A stretch of DNA of 64,000 nucleotides from an uncultured Erysipelotrichaceae bacterium (GCA_902775285.1 CACYLI010000002.1:168916-232915), one strand, 5' to 3'; counted from the stretch's first letter, positions 29,485-44,045 are shown. The notes: generated by a model not told the origin, from the sequence alone. Program-made: numbers and translations.

Positions 29485-30066
29485 TTATTTTATATTTAAT
29501 TTGAAAGAATAACTTACACTTCCCTCATCACATTTATAATATACTTCTAAATAATATATACCTGTTACATTTGGAACTTTTATAGTTTCAAGTTCATTAT
29601 TATATTCAACTTTATCAATAGATTTTCCATTTTCATCAATTAAATTAATATATGATACAGGTATAAATAAACCATAATTCATTATTTCATTTTTATCTAC
29701 TTCTATAATACTTTTATAATTTAAATCTTCTGGTCCTAAAGTATCAACACATAAAGCTTTATAATCATTCTTCCAACAATAAGATAAAAGATTAGAATAA
29801 TATTTTTTATCTTTATAAATTAAACTAAATCTAGGAGGTCTAACTTCTCTAAAATAATCAATTGGTTTAAAATTATATGGAAAAAAATGAATTTCAGTTC
29901 CGGTTTTTACACCATTATCACTATATTCATCCAAACTATTCCATTTAATAATCTTATAAGTTAAAGATCTATACTCAATCGTACCACCATCTTTATAATG
30001 AAATTTAATTGGAAATAAAAGAATAAATAACAAGATAAATAAAATTATAATATATTTTTTCTTCAT
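29485..30066 (-). CDS. Secreted or membrane-anchored hypothetical protein
   Basis: 193-aa ORF with an N-terminal hydrophobic segment. No recognised motif. Confidence 0.6.
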   Translation of the reverse strand: MKKKYIIILFILLFILLFPIKFHYKDGGTIEYRSLTYKIIKWNSLDEYSDNGVKTGTEIHFFPYNFKPIDYFREVRPPRFSLIYKDKKYYSNLLSYCWKNDYKALCVDTLGPEDLNYKSIIEVDKNEIMNYGLFIPVSYINLIDENGKSIDKVEYNNELETIKVPNVTGIYYLEVYYKCDEGSVSYSFKLNIK

Positions 30067-30095
30067 TTATTTTTACCTCTAAATTTATAATAACA

Positions 30096-30122
30096 TAAAA
30101 AAATAAGTCTTAAAAGACTTAT
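30096..30122 (-). terminator. Intrinsic terminator of the rRNA operon
   Basis: Stem aagtctt pairs with aagactt (30105-30120). A T7 run follows on the minus strand, immediately after the 5S gene. Confidence 0.7.
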
Positions 30123-30140
30123 ATTTTATTGCAAAAAAAA

Positions 30141-30247
30141 ATACCCGCAACTTGCTATCTTCGCTTACACTATTTTCGCCGTAAAAGTGCTTAACTTCTC
30201 TGTTCGGTATGGGAAGAGGTGTGTCCACTTTGCTATCGTCACGGATA
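30141..30247 (-). rRNA. rrf: 5S ribosomal RNA
   Basis: The reverse complement reads ...CCGUGACGAUAGCAAAGUGGACACACCUCUUCCCAUACCGAACAGAGAAGUUAAGC.... Its ends pair to form helix I. End coordinates are approximate. Confidence 0.9.
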
Positions 30248-30321
30248 AAAGTATTATACCATAATTGTTCTCTCAAAACAAGATAATGTGATTATTTTAT
30301 CAAATTAAATAAATGATTAAA

Positions 30322-33222
<2,901 letters not shown>

Positions 33223-33335
33223 ACTTACTATATCCTAATTTGATGAGATTTCTTAATAATTAGTATTACTACTAAATTACCTAAAAAATTACTCAGTATA
33301 TATTCGCTCGTTTGAATATATACATCACATTACCA

Positions 33336-33350
33336 AGTTTTCAAAGAACA
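33336..33350 (-). promoter_or_regulatory. boxA antitermination element in the 16S-23S spacer
   Basis: The minus strand reads TGTTCTTTGAAAACT, matching the Gram-positive rrn boxA consensus. Confidence 0.7.
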
Positions 33351-33510
33351 ATTATTGTATAAACATACAATTTTGAGAAATCTTAATGATCTCTCAAAGC
33401 TAAGTAAAATAACTTTCAAATGTTTTGTAGAAAGGTTCTACGTAGTGATTTGTTTTTAGACATCTAAATCACTAAAACGATGTTTTTTCTATCGATATTT
33501 AAAACTCCAT

Positions 33511-35055
<1,545 letters not shown>

Positions 35056-35125
35056 AAAAATTCTTTTTATTGTTAAAGAATTGATTTCATTTTTAATCCT
35101 GTCTACAAAACTCATTATTTTACTT

Positions 35126-35140
35126 AGTTTTCAAAGATCA
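35126..35140 (-). promoter_or_regulatory. boxA antitermination element in the rrn leader
   Basis: The minus strand reads TGATCTTTGAAAACT, a near-identical copy of the spacer boxA. Confidence 0.65.
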
Positions 35141-35171
35141 TTATTGCTTCCACTCTCGTGGTTGCTCATAT

Positions 35172-35200
35172 AATATAACATGTTCATTTTGTAAAGTCAA
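35172..35200 (-). promoter_or_regulatory. rrn promoter (proximal)
   Basis: Minus strand TTGACT, 17 nt, TATATT, with an A/T-rich UP-like tract upstream. Confidence 0.6.
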
Positions 35201-35334
35201 CAACTTTTTTACAATTTTTTTACTTTTTTTACACAAAATTTAATTTTTCGACTTTTAATTATCTTTAAATTTAATTTTAGTATAAATACATGTTACATTT
35301 TTAAATTTTCACACTTTTTCACAAGTGCCTAACT

Positions 35335-35363
35335 AATATAACACTTTAATTTTTTATTGTCAA
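35335..35363 (-). promoter_or_regulatory. rrn promoter (middle)
   Basis: Minus strand TTGACA, 17 nt, TATATT, with an A/T-rich UP-like tract upstream. Confidence 0.6.
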
Positions 35364-35447
35364 CAATTTTTTTATTTTTTTTTAAAATTCAATTTTGACT
35401 ATAAATTTTAAAGCATTTTTTAGTTTTCCTCTTGCAAGTGCTTGATT

Positions 35448-35476
35448 AATATAACATTTTAAATCTTTAATGTCAA
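35448..35476 (-). promoter_or_regulatory. rrn promoter (distal)
   Basis: Minus strand TTGACA, 17 nt, TATATT. Confidence 0.6.
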
Positions 35477-35552
35477 TATAAAAATTCAAATAAAAAAAAT
35501 ATTTTTTCAAATATTTTCTTCATTCATAATATATGCATTATTTCGAAATAAT

Positions 35553-36089
35553 TTACTTATTATTTTTAACTTTTTGAAATTTTTCATAATAATCATATAT
35601 TGTTTGTTTGTTAAATGGAAACTCACTTGCCTTCTTCATTTCTATTAAAGCGCTAAGTTCTTCTTTTATAATATAATTAATCTCTTTAGGATAGTTCATT
35701 AGTTTTTTATGATAATTATATTCATTTCTATCTAAGATTTTAAATGCTCCATCATTGAATACTCTTAAATCTAAATCATAGTCAATATATTTTAGAGCAT
35801 TATCATCAATTACAAATGGACTTGCAATATTACAATAATAAAATATTCCATCTTCTTTTAATTGTGCAATTATATTAAACCATCTTTTTTTGTAAAAGAA
35901 CATAATAGCAGATCCTTTTGTATGCCATGTTCTCCCATCTTTTTTTGTAATTAATACATTTTCATCACCTAGTACTATATAATCATCCTTTATATCAATA
36001 ACATATGCAAGTTTAGATGATTCATATATAACTCCATTGTGCTTATAGCAATGAATTACAAGTGTGTCTCCTATTTTTAAATTATCCAT
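35553..36089 (-). CDS. DUF402-family protein (nucleoside tri/diphosphatase-like, YgaC/Ntdp family)
   Basis: The 178-aa pattern HCYKHNG ... WFNI ... YYCNIASP ... YIDYDLDL is typical of DUF402 proteins. Confidence 0.7.
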   Translation of the reverse strand: MDNLKIGDTLVIHCYKHNGVIYESSKLAYVIDIKDDYIVLGDENVLITKKDGRTWHTKGSAIMFFYKKRWFNIIAQLKEDGIFYYCNIASPFVIDDNALKYIDYDLDLRVFNDGAFKILDRNEYNYHKKLMNYPKEINYIIKEELSALIEMKKASEFPFNKQTIYDYYEKFQKVKNNK

Positions 36090-36169
36090 TAGACACCTCT
36101 ATCTATGTTTATTTTAACATACATATAAATAATCTTCAATTTTTTAATATTAAATAATGTAAAGTAAAT

Positions 36170-36194
36170 AAAAAGTGGTTTATTTAACCACTTT
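36170..36194 (-). terminator. Intrinsic terminator of ctpA
   Basis: Stem aaagtggtt pairs with aaccacttt, overlapping the stop codon. Confidence 0.6.
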
Positions 36195-37457
36195 AACAGC
36201 TTCATTAATTTGTTTATCTACATCTTGTACTTCAACATCAGGTTTAATTCCCTCTTTATTTATACTATTTCCATTTGGGCTTAACCAATAAGATGTTGTA
36301 TATTTAACCATAGCTCCACTAGATAATACATCTGTTTCTTGTACAGTACCTTTACCAAATGATTTAACTCCAACTATTTTAGCTCCAGCTGATTCTTTTA
36401 AAGCTAAAGCAAGGATTTCTGAAGCAGAAGCACTAGATTCATTAATTAATACAGCAATTTTATCAAACTTTCTTAAAACTCCTGATTCAGCCGTATATTT
36501 AGTTATTTTATCATCTCTATCTTTTAATTGATAAATAACTTTCCCTTTTTCTACAAATAAATCTGCAACTTCATATGCTGTTGTTAAATAACCACCAGTA
36601 TTATCCCTTACATCAATTACTAATGATTTTATATTCTTATCAAAAGAATTTATAATTCTAATCATTTGTTCTTTTGTAGTAGATGAAAATGTATCAATTT
36701 TAATATATCCAACATTACCATATATTTCACTATTAACAGAATTAATAAATACTTTTTCTCTCTTTATTGTTAATTTATTTTCTTTTCCATCTCTAATATA
36801 AGTTATATCGTATGTCTCTTTATTACCTTTCTTAATAGTATCTGCAACACTACTTGCATCAACTACATCTACATCATCTACTTTTATTAATATATCTCCT
36901 GCTTTAAGCCCTGCTTTTTCTGCTGGAGAATCAGCAAATACTCTATTAATAACTGTTTGTAATGCTCCATCACTTAATACATCTGTTCTTATTTCAATAC
37001 CTACTCCAGTATATTCACCTCTTAATTGTTCCTCTAATGAATCAGTATCATCTGTATTTAAATACATACTGTATTCATCTCCTAAATAATTATACATTCC
37101 TTCAATAGCTGCATCTAATAATTTATCTTTATCTACATCCTCTACATAATTATTTATAATTTTATTATAATGCTTTTTAAACTCATCATAATCACTTTGA
37201 CTAATACTTCCTTCTTCTTTATTTAGTTTTTCATAATTATTATAAATGATAAGTCCACTTGTAATACTTACAACAATACCAGTTATTAATATTATGATTA
37301 CTACTTCTAATAAACTAAAATCAACTGACTTGTTAACAACTTTCATATCACTTTCTTTTTTATTTAAATCTGTTTTAATTTTTCTTATAGTTCTTTTTTT
37401 AGTTTCTTTTTCTATTTTATTTTCATTTGTTTCATTTTTATCTTTTATTTCTTTCAT
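36180..37457 (-). CDS. ctpA: Carboxy-terminal processing protease (S41 family) with a PDZ domain
   Basis: TM anchor, PDZ (GLKAGDILIKVD), DVRDNTGG, and SASASEILA with a downstream K (Ser/Lys dyad context). Confidence 0.9.
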   Translation of the reverse strand: MKEIKDKNETNENKIEKETKKRTIRKIKTDLNKKESDMKVVNKSVDFSLLEVVIIILITGIVVSITSGLIIYNNYEKLNKEEGSISQSDYDEFKKHYNKIINNYVEDVDKDKLLDAAIEGMYNYLGDEYSMYLNTDDTDSLEEQLRGEYTGVGIEIRTDVLSDGALQTVINRVFADSPAEKAGLKAGDILIKVDDVDVVDASSVADTIKKGNKETYDITYIRDGKENKLTIKREKVFINSVNSEIYGNVGYIKIDTFSSTTKEQMIRIINSFDKNIKSLVIDVRDNTGGYLTTAYEVADLFVEKGKVIYQLKDRDDKITKYTAESGVLRKFDKIAVLINESSASASEILALALKESAGAKIVGVKSFGKGTVQETDVLSSGAMVKYTTSYWLSPNGNSINKEGIKPDVEVQDVDKQINEAVKVVK

Positions 37458-37576
37458 GTTAACCTTCCTATTCTATAAGTAATTATACAACATTTCATAT
37501 TTAATTTAAAGCATTTTATTTTAAATATTTTTTATATATATTAAAACAGATTTGTGTGTATATTTTTAAATACAAA

Positions 37577-37603
37577 ATAAAAAGGTTGATAATTCAACCT
37601 TTT
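37577..37603 (-). terminator. Intrinsic terminator of the alpha operon (after rplQ)
   Basis: Stem aaaggttga pairs with tcaaccttt. A T-run follows on the minus strand. Confidence 0.75.
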
Positions 37604-37946
37604 ATACTAACTCTAGACGAACTATTAAAGCATCGTCTCCGATTCTTTCTTTTAACTTAATTATTCTAGTATATCCACCATTTCTATCTTTATAAGTAAC
37701 AGCATATTCTTCAAATAATTTCTTAGTTAAATCTTTATCGTTATTTAAGAATGCAAGTGCTTTTCTTCTAGAACCTAAGTCACCTTTTTTTGCATATGTA
37801 ATCATTTTATCTACAAATTTACGAACTTCTTTAGCTCTTTCTTGTGTAGTTTCAACATATCCATTTAGAAGAACGTCTTTAGTTAAACTAGAAAGAATAC
37901 TTCTTCTTATACGAGTTTCTCTATTTAATTTTCTATATAATGCCAT
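37602..37946 (-). CDS. rplQ: 50S ribosomal protein L17
   Basis: The conserved L17 sequence includes GGYTRI. It follows rpoA. Confidence 0.95.
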   Translation of the reverse strand: MALYRKLNRETRIRRSILSSLTKDVLLNGYVETTQERAKEVRKFVDKMITYAKKGDLGSRRKALAFLNNDKDLTKKLFEEYAVTYKDRNGGYTRIIKLKERIGDDALIVRLELV

Positions 37947-37955
37947 TCTTGCCTC

Positions 37956-38903
37956 CTAATCTTCATCACGGAACTTAAGTCCCATATCTCTAACTTTATC
38001 TAATACTTCTTTTAATGATTTTTTACCAAGATTTCTAATCTTCATCATTTCAGATTCACTCTTAGAAGTTAAATCTTGTAATGTATGAATTGCATCTCTC
38101 TTTAAACAATTATATGCTCTAACTGATAAATCTAATTCTTCAATTGGAGTTTCTAATGTCTTTTGAACTGAGTCTTCTTCTTTATCAGCAAGAACACTTT
38201 CAAGTCCAGTTAAATTATGTAAATCAGTAATTACTTCAAAATGATCAATTATAATTTTAGCAGCTCTAGAAACAGCTTCTTCTGGTTTAACACTACCATT
38301 TGTCCAAACATTTAATGTTAATTTATCATAATTATCACTTTGTCCAACACGAGCACTTTCTACTTCATAACTTACTCTTTCAATTGGACTATATAAAGAG
38401 TCAATACCAATTGCACCTACAACATCACTAACTCTTTTAGCATTTTCTTTACCATCTACATAACCACGTCCATTAGATACAGTCATAGTCATATCTAAAA
38501 CTCCACCTTTAGATAAAGTTGCTATTAATAAATCAGGGTTAACAATTTCTACTTCACCATTTTTTTCAATAGCTGAAGCATAAACTTCTCCTTCTTTATT
38601 TGCTTTTAAGTGAAGAATTTGATCATCTTCACTATGATTTTTTAAAACTAATTTTTTTAGATTAAGAATAATCTCAGTTACATCTTCAACTACTCCATCT
38701 ATTTTTTGGAATTCATGCATAACACCTTCAATCTTAATATCAGTGATAGCACTTCCTTCTAAACTAGATAACATAACTCTTCTAAGAGCATTTCCGATAG
38801 TTGTTCCAAAACCTCTTTCAAGTGGTTCTAAAACAAACTTTCCATAATAATTACTTTCAACATATTCGTTTACTTTATATTCTGGTTTAATAAATTTTAA
38901 CAT
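37956..38903 (-). CDS. rpoA: DNA-directed RNA polymerase alpha subunit
   Basis: The N-terminus has LERGFGTTIGNALRRV. The C-terminal domain has SVRAYNCLKR...NLGKKSL. Confidence 0.97.
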   Translation of the reverse strand: MLKFIKPEYKVNEYVESNYYGKFVLEPLERGFGTTIGNALRRVMLSSLEGSAITDIKIEGVMHEFQKIDGVVEDVTEIILNLKKLVLKNHSEDDQILHLKANKEGEVYASAIEKNGEVEIVNPDLLIATLSKGGVLDMTMTVSNGRGYVDGKENAKRVSDVVGAIGIDSLYSPIERVSYEVESARVGQSDNYDKLTLNVWTNGSVKPEEAVSRAAKIIIDHFEVITDLHNLTGLESVLADKEEDSVQKTLETPIEELDLSVRAYNCLKRDAIHTLQDLTSKSESEMMKIRNLGKKSLKEVLDKVRDMGLKFRDED

Positions 38904-38926
38904 TTTATTTATTCCCCTTCCTTTTA

Positions 38927-39310
38927 TTATATACGTCTTCTCTTAGGTGGTCTGCATCCATTATGTGGTACTGGTGTTACATCATTAATAGCTGTAATCT
39001 CAAGTCCTGCAGTTTGTAAACTTCTAACAGCTGTTTCACGACCTTGACCAATTCCTTTAACAAATACTTCTACTTTTCTAATTCCTGTATCATAAGCAGC
39101 TTTACCAGCAGCTTCTGCACTCATTCCAGCAGCAAAAGGAGTTTTCTTTTTACTACCTTTAAATCCTACAGTTCCTGAAGAAGCCCAACTAATTACTCCA
39201 CCATCGTTATCAGTAATAGTTACGATAGTGTTATTAAATGTAGAGTGAATATGTGCTTGACCTTCAGTGATATCTCTCTTTGCTTTTCTTTTTCTTCTAT
39301 TATAAGCCAT
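38927..39310 (-). CDS. rpsK: 30S ribosomal protein S11
   Basis: [15 protein letters not shown] ... [12 protein letters not shown]. Confidence 0.97.
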   Translation of the reverse strand: MAYNRRKRKAKRDITEGQAHIHSTFNNTIVTITDNDGGVISWASSGTVGFKGSKKKTPFAAGMSAEAAGKAAYDTGIRKVEVFVKGIGQGRETAVRSLQTAGLEITAINDVTPVPHNGCRPPKRRRI

Positions 39311-39322
39311 AAGTTATCCCTC

Positions 39323-39688
39323 CTATTTCTTCTTATTAGCAATAGTCTTACCTTTACCTTTACGAGTTCTAGCATTTCTACTAGTATGTTGACCTCTTAC
39401 TGGTAAGCCTTTTTTATGTCTTGTACCTTGATATGAATTAATTTCCATTTTAGTCTTAATATTCATTTCAACTTCTCTTTTTAAATCTCCAACTAAAACG
39501 TACTTGTCAGCTTCAGCTCTTAAACGATTAATTTCTTCTACTGTTAAATTATCTGTTCTTGTATCTTCAGATACTTTAGCAGAAGCACAAATTTCATGAG
39601 CTCTAGCAGGACCAATTCCATAAATATAAGTAAGTGCTACTACGATTCTTTTATTTTTTGGTAAGTCAATATTTTTAATACGTGCCAT
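39323..39688 (-). CDS. rpsM: 30S ribosomal protein S13
   Basis: MARI...ALTYIYGIG ... [15 protein letters not shown]. Confidence 0.97.
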   Translation of the reverse strand: MARIKNIDLPKNKRIVVALTYIYGIGPARAHEICASAKVSEDTRTDNLTVEEINRLRAEADKYVLVGDLKREVEMNIKTKMEINSYQGTRHKKGLPVRGQHTSRNARTRKGKGKTIANKKK

Positions 39689-39701
39689 ATATTCCTCCTA
39701 C

Positions 39702-39815
39702 TTAACCTTGTCTTTGTTTATGTTTAGGATTTTCACAAATTACCCAAACTTTTCCGTTTCTTTTAATTATTTTGCATTTATCGCAAATTTTCTTTACTGA
39801 TGGTCTTACTTTCAC
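39702..39815 (-). CDS. rpmJ: 50S ribosomal protein L36 (GTG start, not in the ORF track)
   Basis: My translation is [44 protein letters not shown] ribosome-binding site lies upstream. It sits between infA and rpsM. Confidence 0.9.
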   Translation of the reverse strand: MKVRPSVKKICDKCKIIKRNGKVWVICENPKHKQRQG

Positions 39816-39828
39816 TTTAATCCCTCCA

Positions 39829-40050
39829 TTACTTTCTATAAATTATACGCCCGTGTGTTAAATCACAAATAGGTACTTCCATAAGCACAGTATCACCTGG
39901 GTAAATACGAATCATGTTCAAACGCATTTTTCCAGAAACACGAGCTACTAAAATATGCCCATTATCAAGTTGTACCTTAAAGTCTCCTCCTGGTATAACC
40001 TCAAGTACCTTTCCTTCAAGTTCAATATAACCGTCTTTTTCCTTGGCCAT
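39829..40050 (-). CDS. infA: Translation initiation factor IF-1
   Basis: [15 protein letters not shown] ... GRIIYR. Confidence 0.95.
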   Translation of the reverse strand: MAKEKDGYIELEGKVLEVIPGGDFKVQLDNGHILVARVSGKMRLNMIRIYPGDTVLMEVPICDLTHGRIIYRK

Positions 40051-40053
40051 TTC

Positions 40054-40803
40054 TCACTCTCCCGTTAAGATCTCATAACCATCGTCGGTTACAAGAACAG
40101 TATGTTCAAAATGTGCAGCCATACTTCCATCCTGAGTAATAATACCCCATTCATCAGGAAGTAACCACACTTCTTTAGTTCCTAAACTAAACATAGGTTC
40201 AATAGCTAAAGTCATTCCACTTTTTAGAATGATTCCCTCACTTTCATGATTACTAAGATTAGGAACATATGGATCTTCATGTAAAGTTGTACCTACACCA
40301 TGTCCAGTTAAAACTTCAAATATTCCATATCCATTTTCTCTACCTACTTTTCCTATGGCAGAACAAACTTCATTTAAACTAACTCCTGCTTTAACTTTTG
40401 ATATACCTTCATATAATGCTTTTCTTGTGTTTTCTACTAAAGCTTCAGTTTTCTTATCAACCTTACCTACTATATAAGTATAAGCTGTATCAGAATAATA
40501 ACCTTTATAGATTGCACCAGTATCTACTGAAACTATATCTCCTTCTTTAATTTTAGTATTATCTGGGATCCCATGTACTACCATATCATTAATACTAATA
40601 CAAGTAGACGCAGGATACCCTTCATAATCAAGAAATGCAGGAGTTGCATCACGACTTACAATAAAATCATATGCATACTTATCAATTTCTTTAGTAGTAA
40701 TACCTGGTTTAATAATATCTTTTAAACTCATAAGTAAGTCATAAGCTATCTTACCAGCTACTCTCATTTTTTCAATTTCTTGTTCATTTTTAATACTAAT
40801 CAT
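40054..40803 (-). CDS. map: Type I methionine aminopeptidase
   Basis: Metal ligand context: VVHGIP, D..D (VDTGAIYKGYYSD), GHGVG, EPM, HFEHT. Confidence 0.95.
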   Translation of the reverse strand: MISIKNEQEIEKMRVAGKIAYDLLMSLKDIIKPGITTKEIDKYAYDFIVSRDATPAFLDYEGYPASTCISINDMVVHGIPDNTKIKEGDIVSVDTGAIYKGYYSDTAYTYIVGKVDKKTEALVENTRKALYEGISKVKAGVSLNEVCSAIGKVGRENGYGIFEVLTGHGVGTTLHEDPYVPNLSNHESEGIILKSGMTLAIEPMFSLGTKEVWLLPDEWGIITQDGSMAAHFEHTVLVTDDGYEILTGE

Positions 40804-41452
40804 TTTTACCTTCTATAATATTTTTTAATTGATTGAATGTATATTCTGGATCTTTACTAGCATCCAATTCTACTAACATTCCTAATTTTTTATAATATTC
40901 AATAACAGGACCACAATTCTTTTCATAAGAAGAAAATCCTTTTTTAAATGTTTCTTCATTATCATCATTTCTTGTAGTTAGTTCTACATTACAATCATCA
41001 CACATATTATCAACTTTAGGTGCATTAACACCAGTTAATTTATTATATGTTTTTTTACAATTAGGACATATTTGTCTACCAAGAGTTCTTTTTAAAGCTA
41101 AATCATAACTTACATCTAAAAATACTGCATAATCAATATGTAAATTTAATTCTTCACACATTTTATTAACAGCATCTACTTGAGGCATATGTCTAGGATA
41201 TCCATCAAGAACAAAACCATTCTTAATATCATCCTTCATAAGTCTTTCCTTCATTAATGCATTTGTTATATCATCACTAACAAGTTCTCTTCTAGATTGA
41301 ATATCTCTAATTTGACGTCCAAGATCTGACTCTGGATCTACTCCCCTTAAAAGTTCACCAGCAGAAATACATACAAGTCCTAATTCACTATTAAGTTTAC
41401 TAGCAAGTGTACCTTTACCTGCTGCTGGTGGTGCAATTAAAATTAAATTCAT
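40796..41452 (-). CDS. adk: Adenylate kinase (Zn-lid type)
   Basis: P-loop APPAAGKGT, GFVLDGYPR, and a lid with CPNC...CDDC. Confidence 0.93.
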   Translation of the reverse strand: MNLILIAPPAAGKGTLASKLNSELGLVCISAGELLRGVDPESDLGRQIRDIQSRRELVSDDITNALMKERLMKDDIKNGFVLDGYPRHMPQVDAVNKMCEELNLHIDYAVFLDVSYDLALKRTLGRQICPNCKKTYNKLTGVNAPKVDNMCDDCNVELTTRNDDNEETFKKGFSSYEKNCGPVIEYYKKLGMLVELDASKDPEYTFNQLKNIIEGKND

Positions 41453-41454
41453 TA

Positions 41455-42708
41455 TTATCTCCTATTATTATAATTTCTTGATGCAACAGAACTTTCAAGT
41501 TGTTTATAAGTTTCAAGAACAACCCCAACTGCGATTAAGATTGATGTTCCACCTAATCTAATAGTATTAGATAAACCAGTCAAACTTGTAAATAATGTTG
41601 GTAATGCAGCTATAATTGCAATAAATATAGCTCCCATAAATGTAATTCTTCCTAAAACCATTGAAATATATTTTTTAGTTTCACTTCCAGGTCTAATACC
41701 AGGAATATAACCACCATTTTTATTTAAATTCTTACTTAATTCATCTGGATTTATAGTTAAGAAAGTATAAATATAAGTAAATACAATAACTAAAATAATA
41801 TATATTATAAATCCAACAGTAGTATTAGTTGAAAGATATGTATTTAAAAATACTTTAACACTATCATTTTTTACAACCAATGCTATCATTGATGGAATAC
41901 CCATAATTACACTAGCTATGATAACTGGCATAACTCCAGCTGAATTTAATCTAAGTGGTAAGAATGTTTGTTGTCCACCATAACTTCCAGCACTTCTATT
42001 CGAATATTGAATTGGTATTCGTCTTTCAGCTTCTTGTACAAATATAACTCCAACTATAATAGCTAAATATAAAAGTACAAAAGCTCCAAATGACAACCAT
42101 CCAATAAGATGATTACTAGCATCAGGTACTAAAGATGTAAATGCACTAACAAACATATTTGGTAAAGTATTAACAATACCAGCCATGATTAATAATGATA
42201 CACCATTACCAATACCCTTTTCAGTAATTTGATCTCCTAACCATAATAAGAATGCAGTACCAGCAGTTAATATAATTGCAACTTTAAAATAGAATATAGG
42301 TTCTTCTGTTTTACCAAAGAACATCATTGGATAAAAGAAACCTTGTACAAATGCAATTGCAAGACCAACATATCTATTAATCTTAGCAATCTTTCTTCTT
42401 CCTTCTTCACCCATTTCTTTAAGTTCACTAAAGTATGGAATAATATCCATTTGTAATATTTGAATTATAATTGATGCAGTAATGTATGGCATAACACCTA
42501 AAGCAAAAATTGAAAATTGTTTTAGACCTCCACCACTCATAGCATTAAATAATTCTAAAAAACCTATATCATCATTTATAACATTCATACCAGGAACTGT
42601 AATAGAATTACCTAAAGCAAAGATGAATAATACACCAAGAGTAAATAGTATTCTTATTCTTAAATCTTTGTTAGAAGATCTAAATATTTGCTTAAATGTA
42701 GCAAACAT
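41455..42708 (-). CDS. secY: Preprotein translocase subunit SecY
   Basis: Ten-TM protein with conserved SecY segments (GVMPYITASII, GTAFLLWLGDQITEKGIGNG). It sits between rplO and adk. Confidence 0.97.
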   Translation of the reverse strand: MFATFKQIFRSSNKDLRIRILFTLGVLFIFALGNSITVPGMNVINDDIGFLELFNAMSGGGLKQFSIFALGVMPYITASIIIQILQMDIIPYFSELKEMGEEGRRKIAKINRYVGLAIAFVQGFFYPMMFFGKTEEPIFYFKVAIILTAGTAFLLWLGDQITEKGIGNGVSLLIMAGIVNTLPNMFVSAFTSLVPDASNHLIGWLSFGAFVLLYLAIIVGVIFVQEAERRIPIQYSNRSAGSYGGQQTFLPLRLNSAGVMPVIIASVIMGIPSMIALVVKNDSVKVFLNTYLSTNTTVGFIIYIILVIVFTYIYTFLTINPDELSKNLNKNGGYIPGIRPGSETKKYISMVLGRITFMGAIFIAIIAALPTLFTSLTGLSNTIRLGGTSILIAVGVVLETYKQLESSVASRNYNNRR

Positions 42709-42709
42709 C

Positions 42710-43153
42710 TTAAATCACCTCCGTAGTTCCACCCAATTCCTCTATTTTAGTAATAGCACTATTAGTAAACATATTAGCTTTAACAGTTAATTTCTTTTCT
42801 AATTTACCATTTCCTAAAACTTTAATTCCATTTAATTCTTTTTTAACAAGTCCAGATTCTTTTAATAATTCAGGAGTAACAACATCTCCATCTTTAAATC
42901 TATTTAAATCTGAAACATTAACAATAGCATATTTAGTTTCAAATCTAGCATTTGAAAATCCTCTTCTAGGTAGTCTTTTATATAATGGAGTTTGACCACC
43001 TTCAAACCAAATATGTACTCCTCCACCACTTCTAGCTTTTTGACCTTTTTCTCCACGACCAGATGTTTTACCATGTCCGCTTCCAGGTCCACGTCCTACA
43101 ACTTTTCTTCTATGAGTTGATCCTAGAGCTCCATTTAATTCATGTAATTTCAT
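42710..43153 (-). CDS. rplO: 50S ribosomal protein L15
   Basis: MKLHEL ... [23 protein letters not shown]. Confidence 0.97.
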   Translation of the reverse strand: MKLHELNGALGSTHRRKVVGRGPGSGHGKTSGRGEKGQKARSGGGVHIWFEGGQTPLYKRLPRRGFSNARFETKYAIVNVSDLNRFKDGDVVTPELLKESGLVKKELNGIKVLGNGKLEKKLTVKANMFTNSAITKIEELGGTTEVI

Positions 43154-43671
43154 TATTTTAAGACCTCCTCAACTGTTTTTCCACGTAACTGTGCAACATG
43201 TTCAATTGTTCTTTGATTTCTTAAAGCTTCAATAGTAGCTTTAGCAGTATTAATTTGAGTATTACTTCCAAGTGACTTAGAAACAACATCTTTAACACCA
43301 GCTAATTCTAAAACAATTCTAGATGCTCCACCAGCAATAATTCCACGACCAGCTTTAGCAGGTCTAATTAATACTTTAGCAGCTCCACATACACCTGTTA
43401 CTTCATGAGAAATAGTTCTATCATCAACTAAATTCACATGTACTATATTCTTTTCAGCTTCTTTAATTGCTTTACTTACAGCAACTGGAATTTCTTTACT
43501 TTTACCTGTACCAATTCCAACACTACCTTTTCTATCTCCTACAGCAACAGTAGCTGAAAATCTAAAATTACGTCCACCTTGTGTAACTTTTGTAACTTTA
43601 CCTATAGATATTATTTTATCTTCATAAAGTTTCTTAGGTTCACGATTCACTTTTCTTTTATTATCGTTCAT
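43153..43671 (-). CDS. rpsE: 30S ribosomal protein S5
   Basis: The conserved S5 core includes [14 protein letters not shown] ... [12 protein letters not shown] place the start at MNDNK, which has a GGGAGG ribosome-binding site. The listed start at 43713 would overlap rplR. Confidence 0.95.
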   Translation of the reverse strand: MNDNKRKVNREPKKLYEDKIISIGKVTKVTQGGRNFRFSATVAVGDRKGSVGIGTGKSKEIPVAVSKAIKEAEKNIVHVNLVDDRTISHEVTGVCGAAKVLIRPAKAGRGIIAGGASRIVLELAGVKDVVSKSLGSNTQINTAKATIEALRNQRTIEHVAQLRGKTVEEVLK

Positions 43672-43681
43672 AATTTCCTCC

Positions 43682-44035
43682 CTAGAATTCCAGTCCATTT
43701 TCACGAGCAGCATTAGCTAAAGCTTCTACACGTCCGTGATATAGATATCCACCACGATCAAACACTACTGTTTTAATCTTAGCTTTTTTAGCTTTTAAAG
43801 CTATATCTTTTCCTACTGCAGCAGCAGCTTCAAGATTATTATTCTTGCATTTTAATTCTTTAGAATTTGAACTTGCTAATGTAACACCCTTAACATCATC
43901 TATTAATTGTGCATAAATAGCAGTATTACTTCTAAAAACACATAATCTAGGAGTTTCATTAGTACCAGATAAATTTCTTCTTATTTTTTCATGTCTTTTA
44001 ATTCTATTAACATTTTTTGATTCTTTTTTTATCAT
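43682..44035 (-). CDS. rplR: 50S ribosomal protein L18
   Basis: [28 protein letters not shown] ... [15 protein letters not shown]. Confidence 0.97.
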   Translation of the reverse strand: MIKKESKNVNRIKRHEKIRRNLSGTNETPRLCVFRSNTAIYAQLIDDVKGVTLASSNSKELKCKNNNLEAAAAVGKDIALKAKKAKIKTVVFDRGGYLYHGRVEALANAARENGLEF

Positions 44036-44045
44036 AATTTACCTC

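Noticed and set aside
33223-33510. tRNA-Ile/tRNA-Ala genes in the 16S-23S spacer.
   Set aside because: The ~290-nt spacer is A/T-rich and has no cloverleaf-like GC-rich segment or CCA-proximal acceptor pairing. It shows only boxA and processing-stem elements.
43672-43713. The longer N-terminal extensions implied by the listed ORF starts for rpsE (43713), rplP (47440), metG (25614), the SsuA-like protein (15339) and the P-loop kinase (60642).
   Set aside because: Four of the five internal ATGs have Shine-Dalgarno sequences (strong GGAGG-type for rpsE, rplP and metG, a GAGG for the SsuA-like gene). For the P-loop kinase I checked no ribosome-binding site. All five restore the conserved N-termini. 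The extensions overlap upstream genes or, for metG, the T-box terminator.
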